From the NCBI RefSeq assembly GCF_000940845.1, contig NZ_CP010341.1:1650001-1682000 (forward strand): a stretch of 32,000 nt of DNA. The letters run 5' to 3'. This document shows positions 25,202-32,000 of this stretch, piece after piece. A model generated the notes under the pieces. That model made no database searches. It was not told the DNA's origin and was given only the letters and a program-made list of their open reading frames with translations. The stretch is from Propionibacterium freudenreichii subsp. freudenreichii. GTDB lineage: Bacteria > Actinomycetota > Actinomycetes > Propionibacteriales > Propionibacteriaceae. A program made the position numbers and the translations under genes. Every line of letters begins with the position of its first letter. Position 1 is the first letter of the stretch.

Positions 25202-27261
25202 GGTGAATAGGTGAGGGGATCGGTGTCCTTGGGTACATCAGCCTCAGGCAGAACACCATAGCGGGGCAGGGCGATCTTCATCAGGTCGCGCGAGGTGGGC
25301 ATGGCAACGGTGCCGCCGTACTGTCCGTGCACCTGCATCACCGTATACACCAGGATCTGGGGGTCATCCAGTGGGGCGACCGAGACATAGGACGACATGT
25401 ACAGGTCAGAGTCATAGGCACCGGTATTGGGGTTGATGGTTTGGGCGGTGCCCGACTTGGCACCCATCGTGTAGCCGGTGATCATCGTATTGGCCGCATT
25501 CGGGCCGGCGGCAACCACCGCCTCCATCATGTTGCGCAGCTGGGCGCTGGCGTCCTCGGAGATCACCCGACGGCTGGACCGCGCGGGAAGCTCGACGTTC
25601 TTGCCGGACGCATCGGTGGCACTCTTGATGAGGGTGGGCTCGTGGTAGACGCCACCATTGGTCACCGCGGACAGCCCGGCCGCCATCTGGATGGCGGTAA
25701 CCGAGACGCCCTGTCCGAAGGCCATCTGGTCCTTCGTGTAGTCCTCCATGTCGGTACCGGGCAGGTATCCGGCCGACTCACCAGGCTGTTCGATGCCGGT
25801 GGTCGAACCAAGGCCGAAATCGGCCATGTACTGGTGGAAGGTGTCCTTGTCCATGAGCCGCGACAGCAGGGTGGCACCCACATTGGACGAGTTGTAGATG
25901 ACCCCGCGGGCGGTCATGTACTTGGTGTCGGAGTGCAGGTCGGCATCGCGGATCACGCTGCCACCCGATTGCACCCCGGCGGGAACCTGCACCTTCGTGT
26001 CGGGTGAGATGAGCCCCGCGTCCAGCAGGGCCGCCATCGTGAACACCTTCTGCACCGAGCCGGGCTCGTAGGCGGCGCTCACGGCCCGATTGCCCAGGGT
26101 GCCGGCATCGGTGACGTCACCGGGCTTGTTGGAATCGAAGCTGGGCGTGGTGGCCATGGCCAGCACCTCGCCCGTCTTCACGTTCATGGCGATGGTGGTG
26201 CCCGTGACCGCCTGCCACTTGGCAACCTGGGAGTTGAGGAGCTGCTGGGCCTGGTACTGCAGCTCGGAGTCGAGGGTCAGCTGGTAGCTGGTGCCGTTGG
26301 TCGCTTCCTTGACGGTGGAGTTGCCCAGGGGGATGCGCCCGTACTGACTGGTCTGGTACTGCTCGAAGCCCTCGCTGCCGGCCAGGTTGCCGTTCGCATA
26401 GGACTCCAACCCCGCAGCTCCCGAGCCCTCGGAGTTCACGAAGCCCAGCACATTGGAGGCGAGCGTGCCGGAGGGATAGATCCGTTGTGGATCGTCCTCC
26501 TTGGTGATGCCATTGAGGCCGGTGTCCTCCAGGGCATCGGTCTGCTTGGCCATGTCGGCCAGGATCTGCTGGTAGACGTCGGCGGGGACCTTCGAGGCCA
26601 TCACCTCGTAACGGTTCGGCTGCCCGTTGGCGCCGGTGACCCGGCTGAGTTGGGGCAGGTAGTCGGCGGCAGTGCCACCCAGGTGGGCCACCAGCACGTC
26701 GGCGATCTGCTTGGGGGTGTTCTGCGCCAGGGTGCTCCTGGCGTTCGCGGACAACGAGTCGGCGTTGTAGCCGTTGAGCGAGATGGCGTAGGGGTCGGCG
26801 ATCACCTTCACCGCCGGAAGGTTGGTGGCCAGGACCTCGCCGTTGCTGTCCAGGAAGGCGCCGCGCACCGGCTTGAGCACGCGGTCCTGGTCGAGCGAGA
26901 CCTTCATGCTGGCGGCAGCGGCGGCGGCCACCGCCTGGGAATTGATGCCCTGCACCACCAGGGCCCGTCCCGCGAGCAGGGTGATCGCCACGGCCATCAC
27001 GACGAAGAAGATCCGGATGCGCTTGGTGGAGTCGCCGATCTTCAGGCGCATCGTCGACAGGGCCTGGTTCAACGATTCGCGCGTGGAGGCGCCCGACGAG
27101 CGCTGTCGTCCCCGCTGCCCGGAACCGGGGCGCGGGCCACCGGAGGGCCGGCGTGCGCCACCGGGGCGCCGGGAACCGGTACCTGCGGAAGGATTGCTGC
27201 GCGAGGGGTTCCTGCCCGAGGAGTTGCCCCGTGATGGCTTGTTGGGCTGCCCGGCCATCAT
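25198..27261 (-). CDS. ftsI: Division-specific class B penicillin-binding protein (FtsI/PbpB), 687 aa
   Basis: ATG overlaps the ftsL stop (ATGA). One TM helix (IRIFFVVMAVAITLLAG). Transpeptidase motifs SVQK (SxxK), SSN and KSGT. Long basic low-complexity N-terminal tail. Confidence 0.92.
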   Translation of the reverse strand: MMAGQPNKPSRGNSSGRNPSRSNPSAGTGSRRPGGARRPSGGPRPGSGQRGRQRSSGASTRESLNQALSTMRLKIGDSTKRIRIFFVVMAVAITLLAGRALVVQGINSQAVAAAAAASMKVSLDQDRVLKPVRGAFLDSNGEVLATNLPAVKVIADPYAISLNGYNADSLSANARSTLAQNTPKQIADVLVAHLGGTAADYLPQLSRVTGANGQPNRYEVMASKVPADVYQQILADMAKQTDALEDTGLNGITKEDDPQRIYPSGTLASNVLGFVNSEGSGAAGLESYANGNLAGSEGFEQYQTSQYGRIPLGNSTVKEATNGTSYQLTLDSELQYQAQQLLNSQVAKWQAVTGTTIAMNVKTGEVLAMATTPSFDSNKPGDVTDAGTLGNRAVSAAYEPGSVQKVFTMAALLDAGLISPDTKVQVPAGVQSGGSVIRDADLHSDTKYMTARGVIYNSSNVGATLLSRLMDKDTFHQYMADFGLGSTTGIEQPGESAGYLPGTDMEDYTKDQMAFGQGVSVTAIQMAAGLSAVTNGGVYHEPTLIKSATDASGKNVELPARSSRRVISEDASAQLRNMMEAVVAAGPNAANTMITGYTMGAKSGTAQTINPNTGAYDSDLYMSSYVSVAPLDDPQILVYTVMQVHGQYGGTVAMPTSRDLMKIALPRYGVLPEADVPKDTDPLTYSP

Positions 27262-27776
27262 CGTCCCTCCGTTGGCGAGGCGGTCGGCGTGCCGGTGGCA
27301 GCACCGGGCGTCGGGGTGGGCGTCGGGCTGGCGGGCCGATAGGTCGGCGTCGCGCTGCTGATGGTCGAGGGCACTGCAATGCCGGGCATCGCGGTGCCAT
27401 CGGCGGCCTGCGGCTTACCGTTCACCGAGCCCTGGGGCATCTGGATCACCAGGGGGTTCGGGTTCGGCACCATGCCCAGGTTCGCCGCCTTGGCCCCCAA
27501 GGTGTCGGTGGTGCCCAACTGGTCGACGCTCTGCTCCAGTGCCGCCTCGTGGTAATCAAGCCGCTGCGCCGATGCCTGCAGCTCGTCGAGCTGGCGTTGC
27601 TGGTCCTGGATGCGTGTATTGAACAGCAGCACCCCCACCATGCCGACGCCCAGCAGCATCACCAGGGCGAGGATGAAGGGGATTCCGGAGATGCGGCGGC
27701 GTCCCGAGGTGGCCGCGCCGGCCTTCTCACGCGCCGCATTGATGCTCGTGCGCACCGCGCCGAGGAGCTTCTTCAC
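27258..27776 (-). CDS. ftsL: FtsL-like division membrane protein with a Pro/Thr-rich C-terminal tail, 172 aa
   Basis: GTG overlaps the rsmH stop (GTGA). Position between rsmH and ftsI. One TM helix (IPFILALVMLLGVGMVGVLLF) followed by a coiled-coil segment QQRQLDELQASAQRLDYHEAALEQ. Confidence 0.7.
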   Translation of the reverse strand: MKKLLGAVRTSINAAREKAGAATSGRRRISGIPFILALVMLLGVGMVGVLLFNTRIQDQQRQLDELQASAQRLDYHEAALEQSVDQLGTTDTLGAKAANLGMVPNPNPLVIQMPQGSVNGKPQAADGTAMPGIAVPSTISSATPTYRPASPTPTPTPGAATGTPTASPTEGR

Positions 27777-28801
27777 CGTCGACCACCTCTTCTGTGACCG
27801 TGCCGGCTGCCTGCGGACGGGGCGACATCGGGACGGATCCGTTCGATCGCGCGCAGGCGGGCCGACGCGGAACGGGGGTTTTCCGCGATCTCGGCGGCAT
27901 CGGGCTTCTCGGCGCCCCGGGTGAGCGGCGCGAACCGGGCCGCCATCTCGTCGGGGACGACGGGCAGTCCCGCCGGTGCCGAATCGCTCGTGGCGGCAGT
28001 GAACACCTGCTTGACGATGCGATCCTCCAGCGAGTGGTACGCGAGTACCGCCGCCCTGGCTGCTGGGCCCATACGGCCCAGCATGACAGGAAGAACTGTG
28101 GACAATGCCTCCAGCTCGCCGTTGACCTCGATGCGCAGCGCCTGGAAGGTCCGCTTGGCGGGGTTCCCCTTCGTCTTCGTGCGCACCGCGGCGGGGATTG
28201 CCCGCAGGATCAGGTCGACCAGGCGTGCCGAATCGGTGAATGGCTCCCGTTCACGTTCGGCGACGATGGCCCGCACGATGCGCGTGGCCTGCTTCTCCTC
28301 GCCGTAGTCGCGCAGGACACGCACGAGGTCACCGGGCGAGTACTCATTGAGCACGCGCGCCGCAGTGAGCTCGCTGCGGGTGTCCATGCGCATGTCGAGC
28401 GGGGCGTCCACCCGGTAGGCGAAGCCCCGGTCTGCACGGTCGATCTGGAGGCTGGACAACCCGAGGTCGAACAGGGCCGCGTCGATGGTGGCGATGCCGG
28501 CGTCGTCGAGCACCCGGCCCAATTCGTCGAAGCGCGCCCGGGCAAGGTGCACCCGAGCGCCGAAGGGGGCCAACCTGCGCGAGGCCAGGTCGAGGGCATC
28601 GCGATCACGATCGATGCCGACCAGGCGGGCCTGCGGATTCGCGGTCAACATGAGTTCGGCGTGCCCGGCCATGCCCAGGGTGCCGTCGACGTAGACGGCA
28701 TCGGGGTGGTCCAGGGCCGGGCTCAACAGCTCGACCACGCGGGCCGCCATGACGGGCACGTGGATCGTCGAGGGATCGGGGCCAGTGGCTTCGTGCGTCA
28801 C
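27773..28801 (-). CDS. rsmH: 16S rRNA (cytosine1402-N4)-methyltransferase, 342 aa
   Basis: GTG at 28801 is preceded by AGGGGA 5 nt upstream. HVPVM, DGTLGMAGH, DLGLSSLQID and AYHSLEDRIVK. Confidence 0.95.
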   Translation of the reverse strand: MTHEATGPDPSTIHVPVMAARVVELLSPALDHPDAVYVDGTLGMAGHAELMLTANPQARLVGIDRDRDALDLASRRLAPFGARVHLARARFDELGRVLDDAGIATIDAALFDLGLSSLQIDRADRGFAYRVDAPLDMRMDTRSELTAARVLNEYSPGDLVRVLRDYGEEKQATRIVRAIVAEREREPFTDSARLVDLILRAIPAAVRTKTKGNPAKRTFQALRIEVNGELEALSTVLPVMLGRMGPAARAAVLAYHSLEDRIVKQVFTAATSDSAPAGLPVVPDEMAARFAPLTRGAEKPDAAEIAENPRSASARLRAIERIRPDVAPSAGSRHGHRRGGRR

Positions 28802-28812
28802 GGCTGTCCCCT

Positions 28813-28839
28813 CCCCTGCGTTGACATGGCCCGCAGGGG
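28813..28839 (-). other. Hairpin abutting the rsmH ribosome-binding site in the 178-nt mraZ-rsmH spacer
   Basis: CCCCTGCG (28813-28820) / CGCAGGGG (28832-28839), an 8-bp stem with an 11-nt loop. On the minus strand its 3' arm is followed immediately by AGGGGAcagccGTG. A second hairpin, TTCAGC-tcgg-GCTGAA (28950-28965), lies 15 nt after the mraZ stop. Confidence 0.45.
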
Positions 28840-28979
28840 ACCACGCGTCGCCACGTCACCCGCCTGCCGGACCCTAAGCAAAGACTGCGGCATCCGGTCC
28901 CAACCCGAGTCATGTCACCACCTGGCACCGGGGAAGTGGAGCCAGGGGGTTCAGCTCGGGCTGAAGCCGCATACCGCAG

Positions 28980-29417
28980 TCAGCGATCGGCTTCCCCCGA
29001 GAGGATCTCCTCGTTCATCTGGGCGAAGACATCCTCCTGGGCGGTGGAGTATTCCTTCCATGCGGTCGAGCCCCACACCTCAACCCGATTGATGGCACCC
29101 ACAACGACGATGTCCTTGTCGAGCCCGGCGTAGGAACGCAGGGCCGGCGGGACAGTGACTCGCCCTTGCTTGTCCGGGATCTCATCGCTGGCCCCGGCTG
29201 CCAGCATGCGCTGGAAATCCCGAACCTGCTTGAGCGTCGCCGGAGCAGTGCTCACCGACTGGGTCATCTCGGCGAATGTCGCCATCGGGTAGACGGCCAG
29301 GCAACGATCCTGGGATCGCGTGATGACCAGACCCGGGGCGAGTTCATCACGGAACTTGGCCGGCAGGAAGAAGCGACCCTTCTCGTCGAGCTTGGGGGTG
29401 TACGTGCCCAGGAACAT
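28980..29417 (-). CDS. mraZ: Transcriptional regulator MraZ, 145 aa
   Basis: MFLGTYTPKLDEKGRFFLPAKFR. Two SpoVT/AbrB-type repeats with DxxGR motifs (DEKGRF, DKQGRV). GAGGGGGG SD upstream. Confidence 0.95.
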   Translation of the reverse strand: MFLGTYTPKLDEKGRFFLPAKFRDELAPGLVITRSQDRCLAVYPMATFAEMTQSVSTAPATLKQVRDFQRMLAAGASDEIPDKQGRVTVPPALRSYAGLDKDIVVVGAINRVEVWGSTAWKEYSTAQEDVFAQMNEEILSGEADR

Positions 29418-29454
29418 CTGGGTACCCCCCTCACTGTCCGATCGGAATCGGCTC

Positions 29455-29490
29455 CTCCACTGCGCTCCACATTACTCCACTCTCCCCCAC
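29455..29490 (-). promoter_or_regulatory. Candidate MraZ operator: four GTGGRG boxes at exact 10-bp phase, overlapping a TAATGT -10-like hexamer
   Basis: Minus strand reads GTGGGGgaga-GTGGAGtaat-GTGGAGcgca-GTGGAGgagc. Plus-strand CTCCAC ends at 29460, 29470 and 29480, and CCCCAC ends at 29490. This is 38-73 nt upstream of the mraZ ATG. TAATGT lies at 29474-29469. Extra unphased GTGG clusters lie at 29507-29513 and 29527-29538. Confidence 0.55.
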
Positions 29491-29582
29491 TTGGACAGCT
29501 GGACAGCCCCCACGAGACCCCGGATGACCCACCACCACGGAATGCCGGGCCGCCGGTCGGCGGTGGAGTGGGCCCGGACGCA

Positions 29583-29615
29583 CAGGACCCCCGGACCAAT
29601 GGTCCGGGGGTCCTG
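29583..29615 (-). terminator. Perfect 15-bp GC-rich palindromic hairpin 25 nt after the DUF3040 stop; likely terminator or insulator before the mraZ promoter
   Basis: CAGGACCCCCGGACC-aat-GGTCCGGGGGTCCTG. All 15 pairs are Watson-Crick. No U-tract on the minus strand (GTTAT follows on the plus strand). Confidence 0.55.
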
Positions 29616-29639
29616 GTTATCGATCAGTTGCTGGAGGAC

Positions 29640-30023
29640 TCAGAGTCGTCCATCGTCCTCGCGACGACGCCAGCGGCTTTCCATCTTGGTCATGAAATCG
29701 TTGGACGGATGGGGTGAGCTCTTCGGTGGGCGCACCTTCTCCTTCGGCTCGTGGGACATATGACGCCAGGAGCCCAACGCAAGAATCGCGCAGCCAAACA
29801 TGACGACAAAACCGAGCACACTCAGCACCCAGACCGTCTGCATGCCAACCAACAGCAGGCAGACACCCAGCAGGAAGCCCAACCCGGCAAGCCCGGCACG
29901 GCGACCATGCGCGCGCTTGGGAGTGCGGGACGAGCCCATGGCATGGGCCAGGCGCGGGTCCTCCGCGAGGAGCGATGCTTCGAGTTCTTCGAGCGTCTTT
30001 TGCTCTTCATTCGACAGGGGCAT
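29640..30023 (-). CDS. DUF3040-family small membrane protein, 127 aa
   Basis: ATG at 30023 with GGAGG 6 nt upstream (the ORF track start at 30026 is a GTG). MPLSNEEQKTLEELEASLLAEDPRLA is the DUF3040 signature N-terminus. Two TM helices. Conserved position upstream of mraZ in actinobacteria. Confidence 0.8.
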   Translation of the reverse strand: MPLSNEEQKTLEELEASLLAEDPRLAHAMGSSRTPKRAHGRRAGLAGLGFLLGVCLLLVGMQTVWVLSVLGFVVMFGCAILALGSWRHMSHEPKEKVRPPKSSPHPSNDFMTKMESRWRRREDDGRL

Positions 30024-30062
30024 CACACGCCTCCTTCATCAGGAGTAACAGATGTGTCCAGT

Positions 30063-31304
30063 CTAGGCGGTCCCACCCACAGAAGTAATGCCGGGTGACC
30101 CGCTTTCTGGATTGGACAACGTTCTGCGGGTGAGTCGGGCGCGCTGCGCCGCATGGGCCCCGAAGCGGTAGACCACGTCATCGGCCGCCAATTCCACCTG
30201 GCGCATGCCCCGCTCGGGTTCATCGAGGGCCGGCTGCCGATAGGCCTGGTCGCTGGGCACCAGGCCCTCGACGCGAACCCCCACGCGACGGATGCGGGCG
30301 CGTTGCAGGCCCAGGGACTCGAACAGCTTCCTCGCCCGGGCATAGATCTCGTCGGTGACATCGGTGGGATCACGCAGCGTCCCACTGCGGGTGATCGTGG
30401 TGAAGTCGGCGAAGCGCACATCGAGCACCACCGTGCGGCCACACAGGCCACTGGCCCGCATCCTCCCCGCGGTGCGTGCCGCCATGCGCAACAGCTCGGT
30501 GCCCACCTGCTCGGGGTCATCGGTGTCACGGGCAAAGGTGGTCTGGGAACCAATGCTGCGTTCCCGGTCCTGCCCCACCACCAACGATTCATCATGCCCC
30601 CAGGACAGGTCGGACAGCCATTGCCCGGCACGAGCCCCCAGCGCACGCCGCAGGGTGGACACCGGGGTATGCGCCACCTGCCCCACCGTCGACAGGCCCA
30701 GCTTGTGCAATGTGGACGCGGTGGCGGGGCCGACCCCGCTCAGCTGCTCCACCGGTAGGGGGTGCAACAGGGCCACGACCTCCCCGGGATCAACCACGAG
30801 CAGGCCATCGGGCTTGACGCGATTGCTGGCCAGCTTGGCCAGGGCCCGCCCCTGGGCGATGCCCACCGAGCAGGTGATGTGCTGCTCATCGGCCACCCGG
30901 GCCCGCACGTTCTCGCCGATCAGGCGGGGAGAGCCGAGTCGACGTTGCGACCCGGTGATGTCGAGATAGGCCTCATCGATGCTCGCGGCCTCGACGCGGT
31001 CGGTGATCTGGTCGAACAGGGCGAAGACCCCCGCCGAGACGGCCCCGTAGTGATCGAAGTCGGGTGGCACCGCCACGCCGGCGGGGCACAACCGGCGGGC
31101 CCGCGTGGAAGCCATGCCACCACTCACCCCGTAGGTGCGGGCAAGGTAGTTCGCGCTCAACACGACCCCCCGCTCGGCGCCACCCACCCAGAACGGCACC
31201 GTGCGCAGCCGGGGATTGCGTGCCGCCTCCACCGAGGCATAGAAGGCATCCATGTCGACGTGCATGATCACCCGGCCCCGCATCACATCGGGCATCTCAG
31301 GCAT
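30063..31304 (-). CDS. dinB: Y-family DNA polymerase IV (DinB-type, catalytic residues intact), 413 aa; internal Met starts possible
   Basis: VIMHVDMDAFYASVEAARNP (catalytic Asp pair) and ASIDEAYLDITGS (catalytic Asp-Glu). Also SVGIAQGRALAKLAS and LPVEQLSGVGPATASTLHKLG (HhH/little-finger region). Starts 26 nt after the dnaE2 stop. Confidence 0.9.
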   Translation of the reverse strand: MPEMPDVMRGRVIMHVDMDAFYASVEAARNPRLRTVPFWVGGAERGVVLSANYLARTYGVSGGMASTRARRLCPAGVAVPPDFDHYGAVSAGVFALFDQITDRVEAASIDEAYLDITGSQRRLGSPRLIGENVRARVADEQHITCSVGIAQGRALAKLASNRVKPDGLLVVDPGEVVALLHPLPVEQLSGVGPATASTLHKLGLSTVGQVAHTPVSTLRRALGARAGQWLSDLSWGHDESLVVGQDRERSIGSQTTFARDTDDPEQVGTELLRMAARTAGRMRASGLCGRTVVLDVRFADFTTITRSGTLRDPTDVTDEIYARARKLFESLGLQRARIRRVGVRVEGLVPSDQAYRQPALDEPERGMRQVELAADDVVYRFGAHAAQRARLTRRTLSNPESGSPGITSVGGTA

Positions 31305-31330
31305 GCCCCGTCCCGATCACCATGGCAGGT

Positions 31331-32000
31331 TCAGCCCCCTGAGCTACCCGGACTGGCATGCCACAACTTGCGCGAGGCGGTGATCAGCGATTCCCCGGCC
31401 ACGGCGGTATCGGCGAAGGGCGACTGCAGGAAGCCGCTGGGATGGCGGAGCATCCGATGGACGGCCGGTGGCGCCCAGCTGGTTGCATGCTCCCCCAGCC
31501 GGGCACGGACGGCGGCCAGGGCCGCCCCACGACCTGAGGCATCACGCACCCGGCTGTACAACGCATGGAGTTCCTGCATGTCCCAGGCTCCCGTGGCGTT
31601 CAGTGAGATGCCACGGGGGCCGGTGCGTCGGATCTCACCACGCACCACGAGCAGCCAGTTGCTGAACACGGTGGACGCATAGGGGCCCTGGGCGTCCTCG
31701 AAGAAGGTGGCATCGACGGGACCGGTCGAATCATCGAGGCTCAGGAAGACCACCCGGCGCCCCGAGCGCACCGGGGGTGTCTGCGTGGCAACCTTGACCC
31801 CCGCGACCAGTACCTCCTCGTGGTTGCGGTGGTCTAGCAGCTGGGCGGCAGGCACCCAACCGAGGCCCTGCAGCATCTCCTGGTAGAACTCCACGATGTG
31901 GCGACTCACGTCCATGCCCAGCACCGCGAGCTCCGCCTGCGTCCGCTCAGCGCGCGACATCTCGGGCAGGCCGCTGGGCTCGACGTCACCGGCCGCCGCG
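31331..32000 (-). CDS. dnaE2: Error-prone DNA polymerase III alpha (DnaE2), C-terminal 222 codons only; the gene continues beyond the window end
   Basis: The frame stays open to position 32000 (..AAAGDVEPSGLPEMSRAERTQAELAVLGMDVSRH). OB-fold segment VLVAGVKVATQTPPVRSGRRVVFLSLDDSTGPVDATFFEDAQ. The C-terminus ...RKLWHASPGSSGG is characteristic of DnaE2. Confidence 0.85.
   Translation of the reverse strand, partial: AAAGDVEPSGLPEMSRAERTQAELAVLGMDVSRHIVEFYQEMLQGLGWVPAAQLLDHRNHEEVLVAGVKVATQTPPVRSGRRVVFLSLDDSTGPVDATFFEDAQGPYASTVFSNWLLVVRGEIRRTGPRGISLNATGAWDMQELHALYSRVRDASGRGAALAAVRARLGEHATSWAPPAVHRMLRHPSGFLQSPFADTAVAGESLITASRKLWHASPGSSGG

Noticed and set aside
24336-25259. 307-aa Arg-rich alternative-frame ORF inside murE. 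The similar 26117..27400 (427 aa) lies inside ftsI/ftsL.
   Set aside because: These are out-of-frame overlaps with motif-rich genes. Their extreme Arg/Pro/Gly composition is characteristic of off-frame translation of GC-rich coding DNA.
30063-31304. Y-family gene next to dnaE2 considered as ImuB.
   Set aside because: ImuB lacks the catalytic acidic residues. This protein retains HVDMD and SIDEAY, so it is called DinB-type instead.

Overview
This is a visibly GC-rich actinobacterial chromosome segment, and it is almost entirely core housekeeping DNA. Every gene except one CDS and one tRNA lies on the minus strand.

Gene order in minus-strand transcription order (high to low coordinates):
- 3' end of dnaE2, then a dinB-type Y-family polymerase, a DUF3040 gene and a strong hairpin.
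- A complete division/cell-wall (dcw) cluster: mraZ-rsmH-ftsL-ftsI-murE-murF-mraY-murD-ftsW-murG-murC-ftsQ-ftsZ.
- The ftsZ-proximal module: pgeF(ylmD)-sepF-yggT-divIVA.
- A TraR/DksA zinc-finger gene, lspA and rluD.
- pyk, then tRNA-Leu(CAA) on the plus strand.
- The ANTAR response regulator pdtaR, polA, a plus-strand sortase-like gene convergent with polA, and a GabD-like aldehyde dehydrogenase.

The ORF track uses ATG, GTG and TTG as starts. Several long ORFs were therefore trimmed to starts supported by N-terminal homology, SD sequences or coupling overlaps (ATGA, GTGA, TGATG).

I found no mobile element, CRISPR array, toxin-antitoxin or defence locus. I cannot honestly point to a convincing new multi-gene system here. 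The items worth a second look are small-scale:
- A 10-bp-phased GTGGRG array upstream of mraZ, a candidate MraZ operator.
- An atypical 192-nt murD-ftsW gap holding a degenerate 13-15-nt tandem repeat array and a gap-filling small ORF.
- dnaE2 followed by a catalytically intact dinB directly upstream of the dcw cluster.
- Absence of ylmE/yggS between pgeF and sepF.
- Three TANNNT-N6-GTG (leaderless-type) gene starts.
- An 11-bp-phased direct repeat upstream of pyk.
- Short tandem repeats next to tRNA-Leu, and several strong hairpins.

All family calls come from motif recognition by eye. No searches were run.
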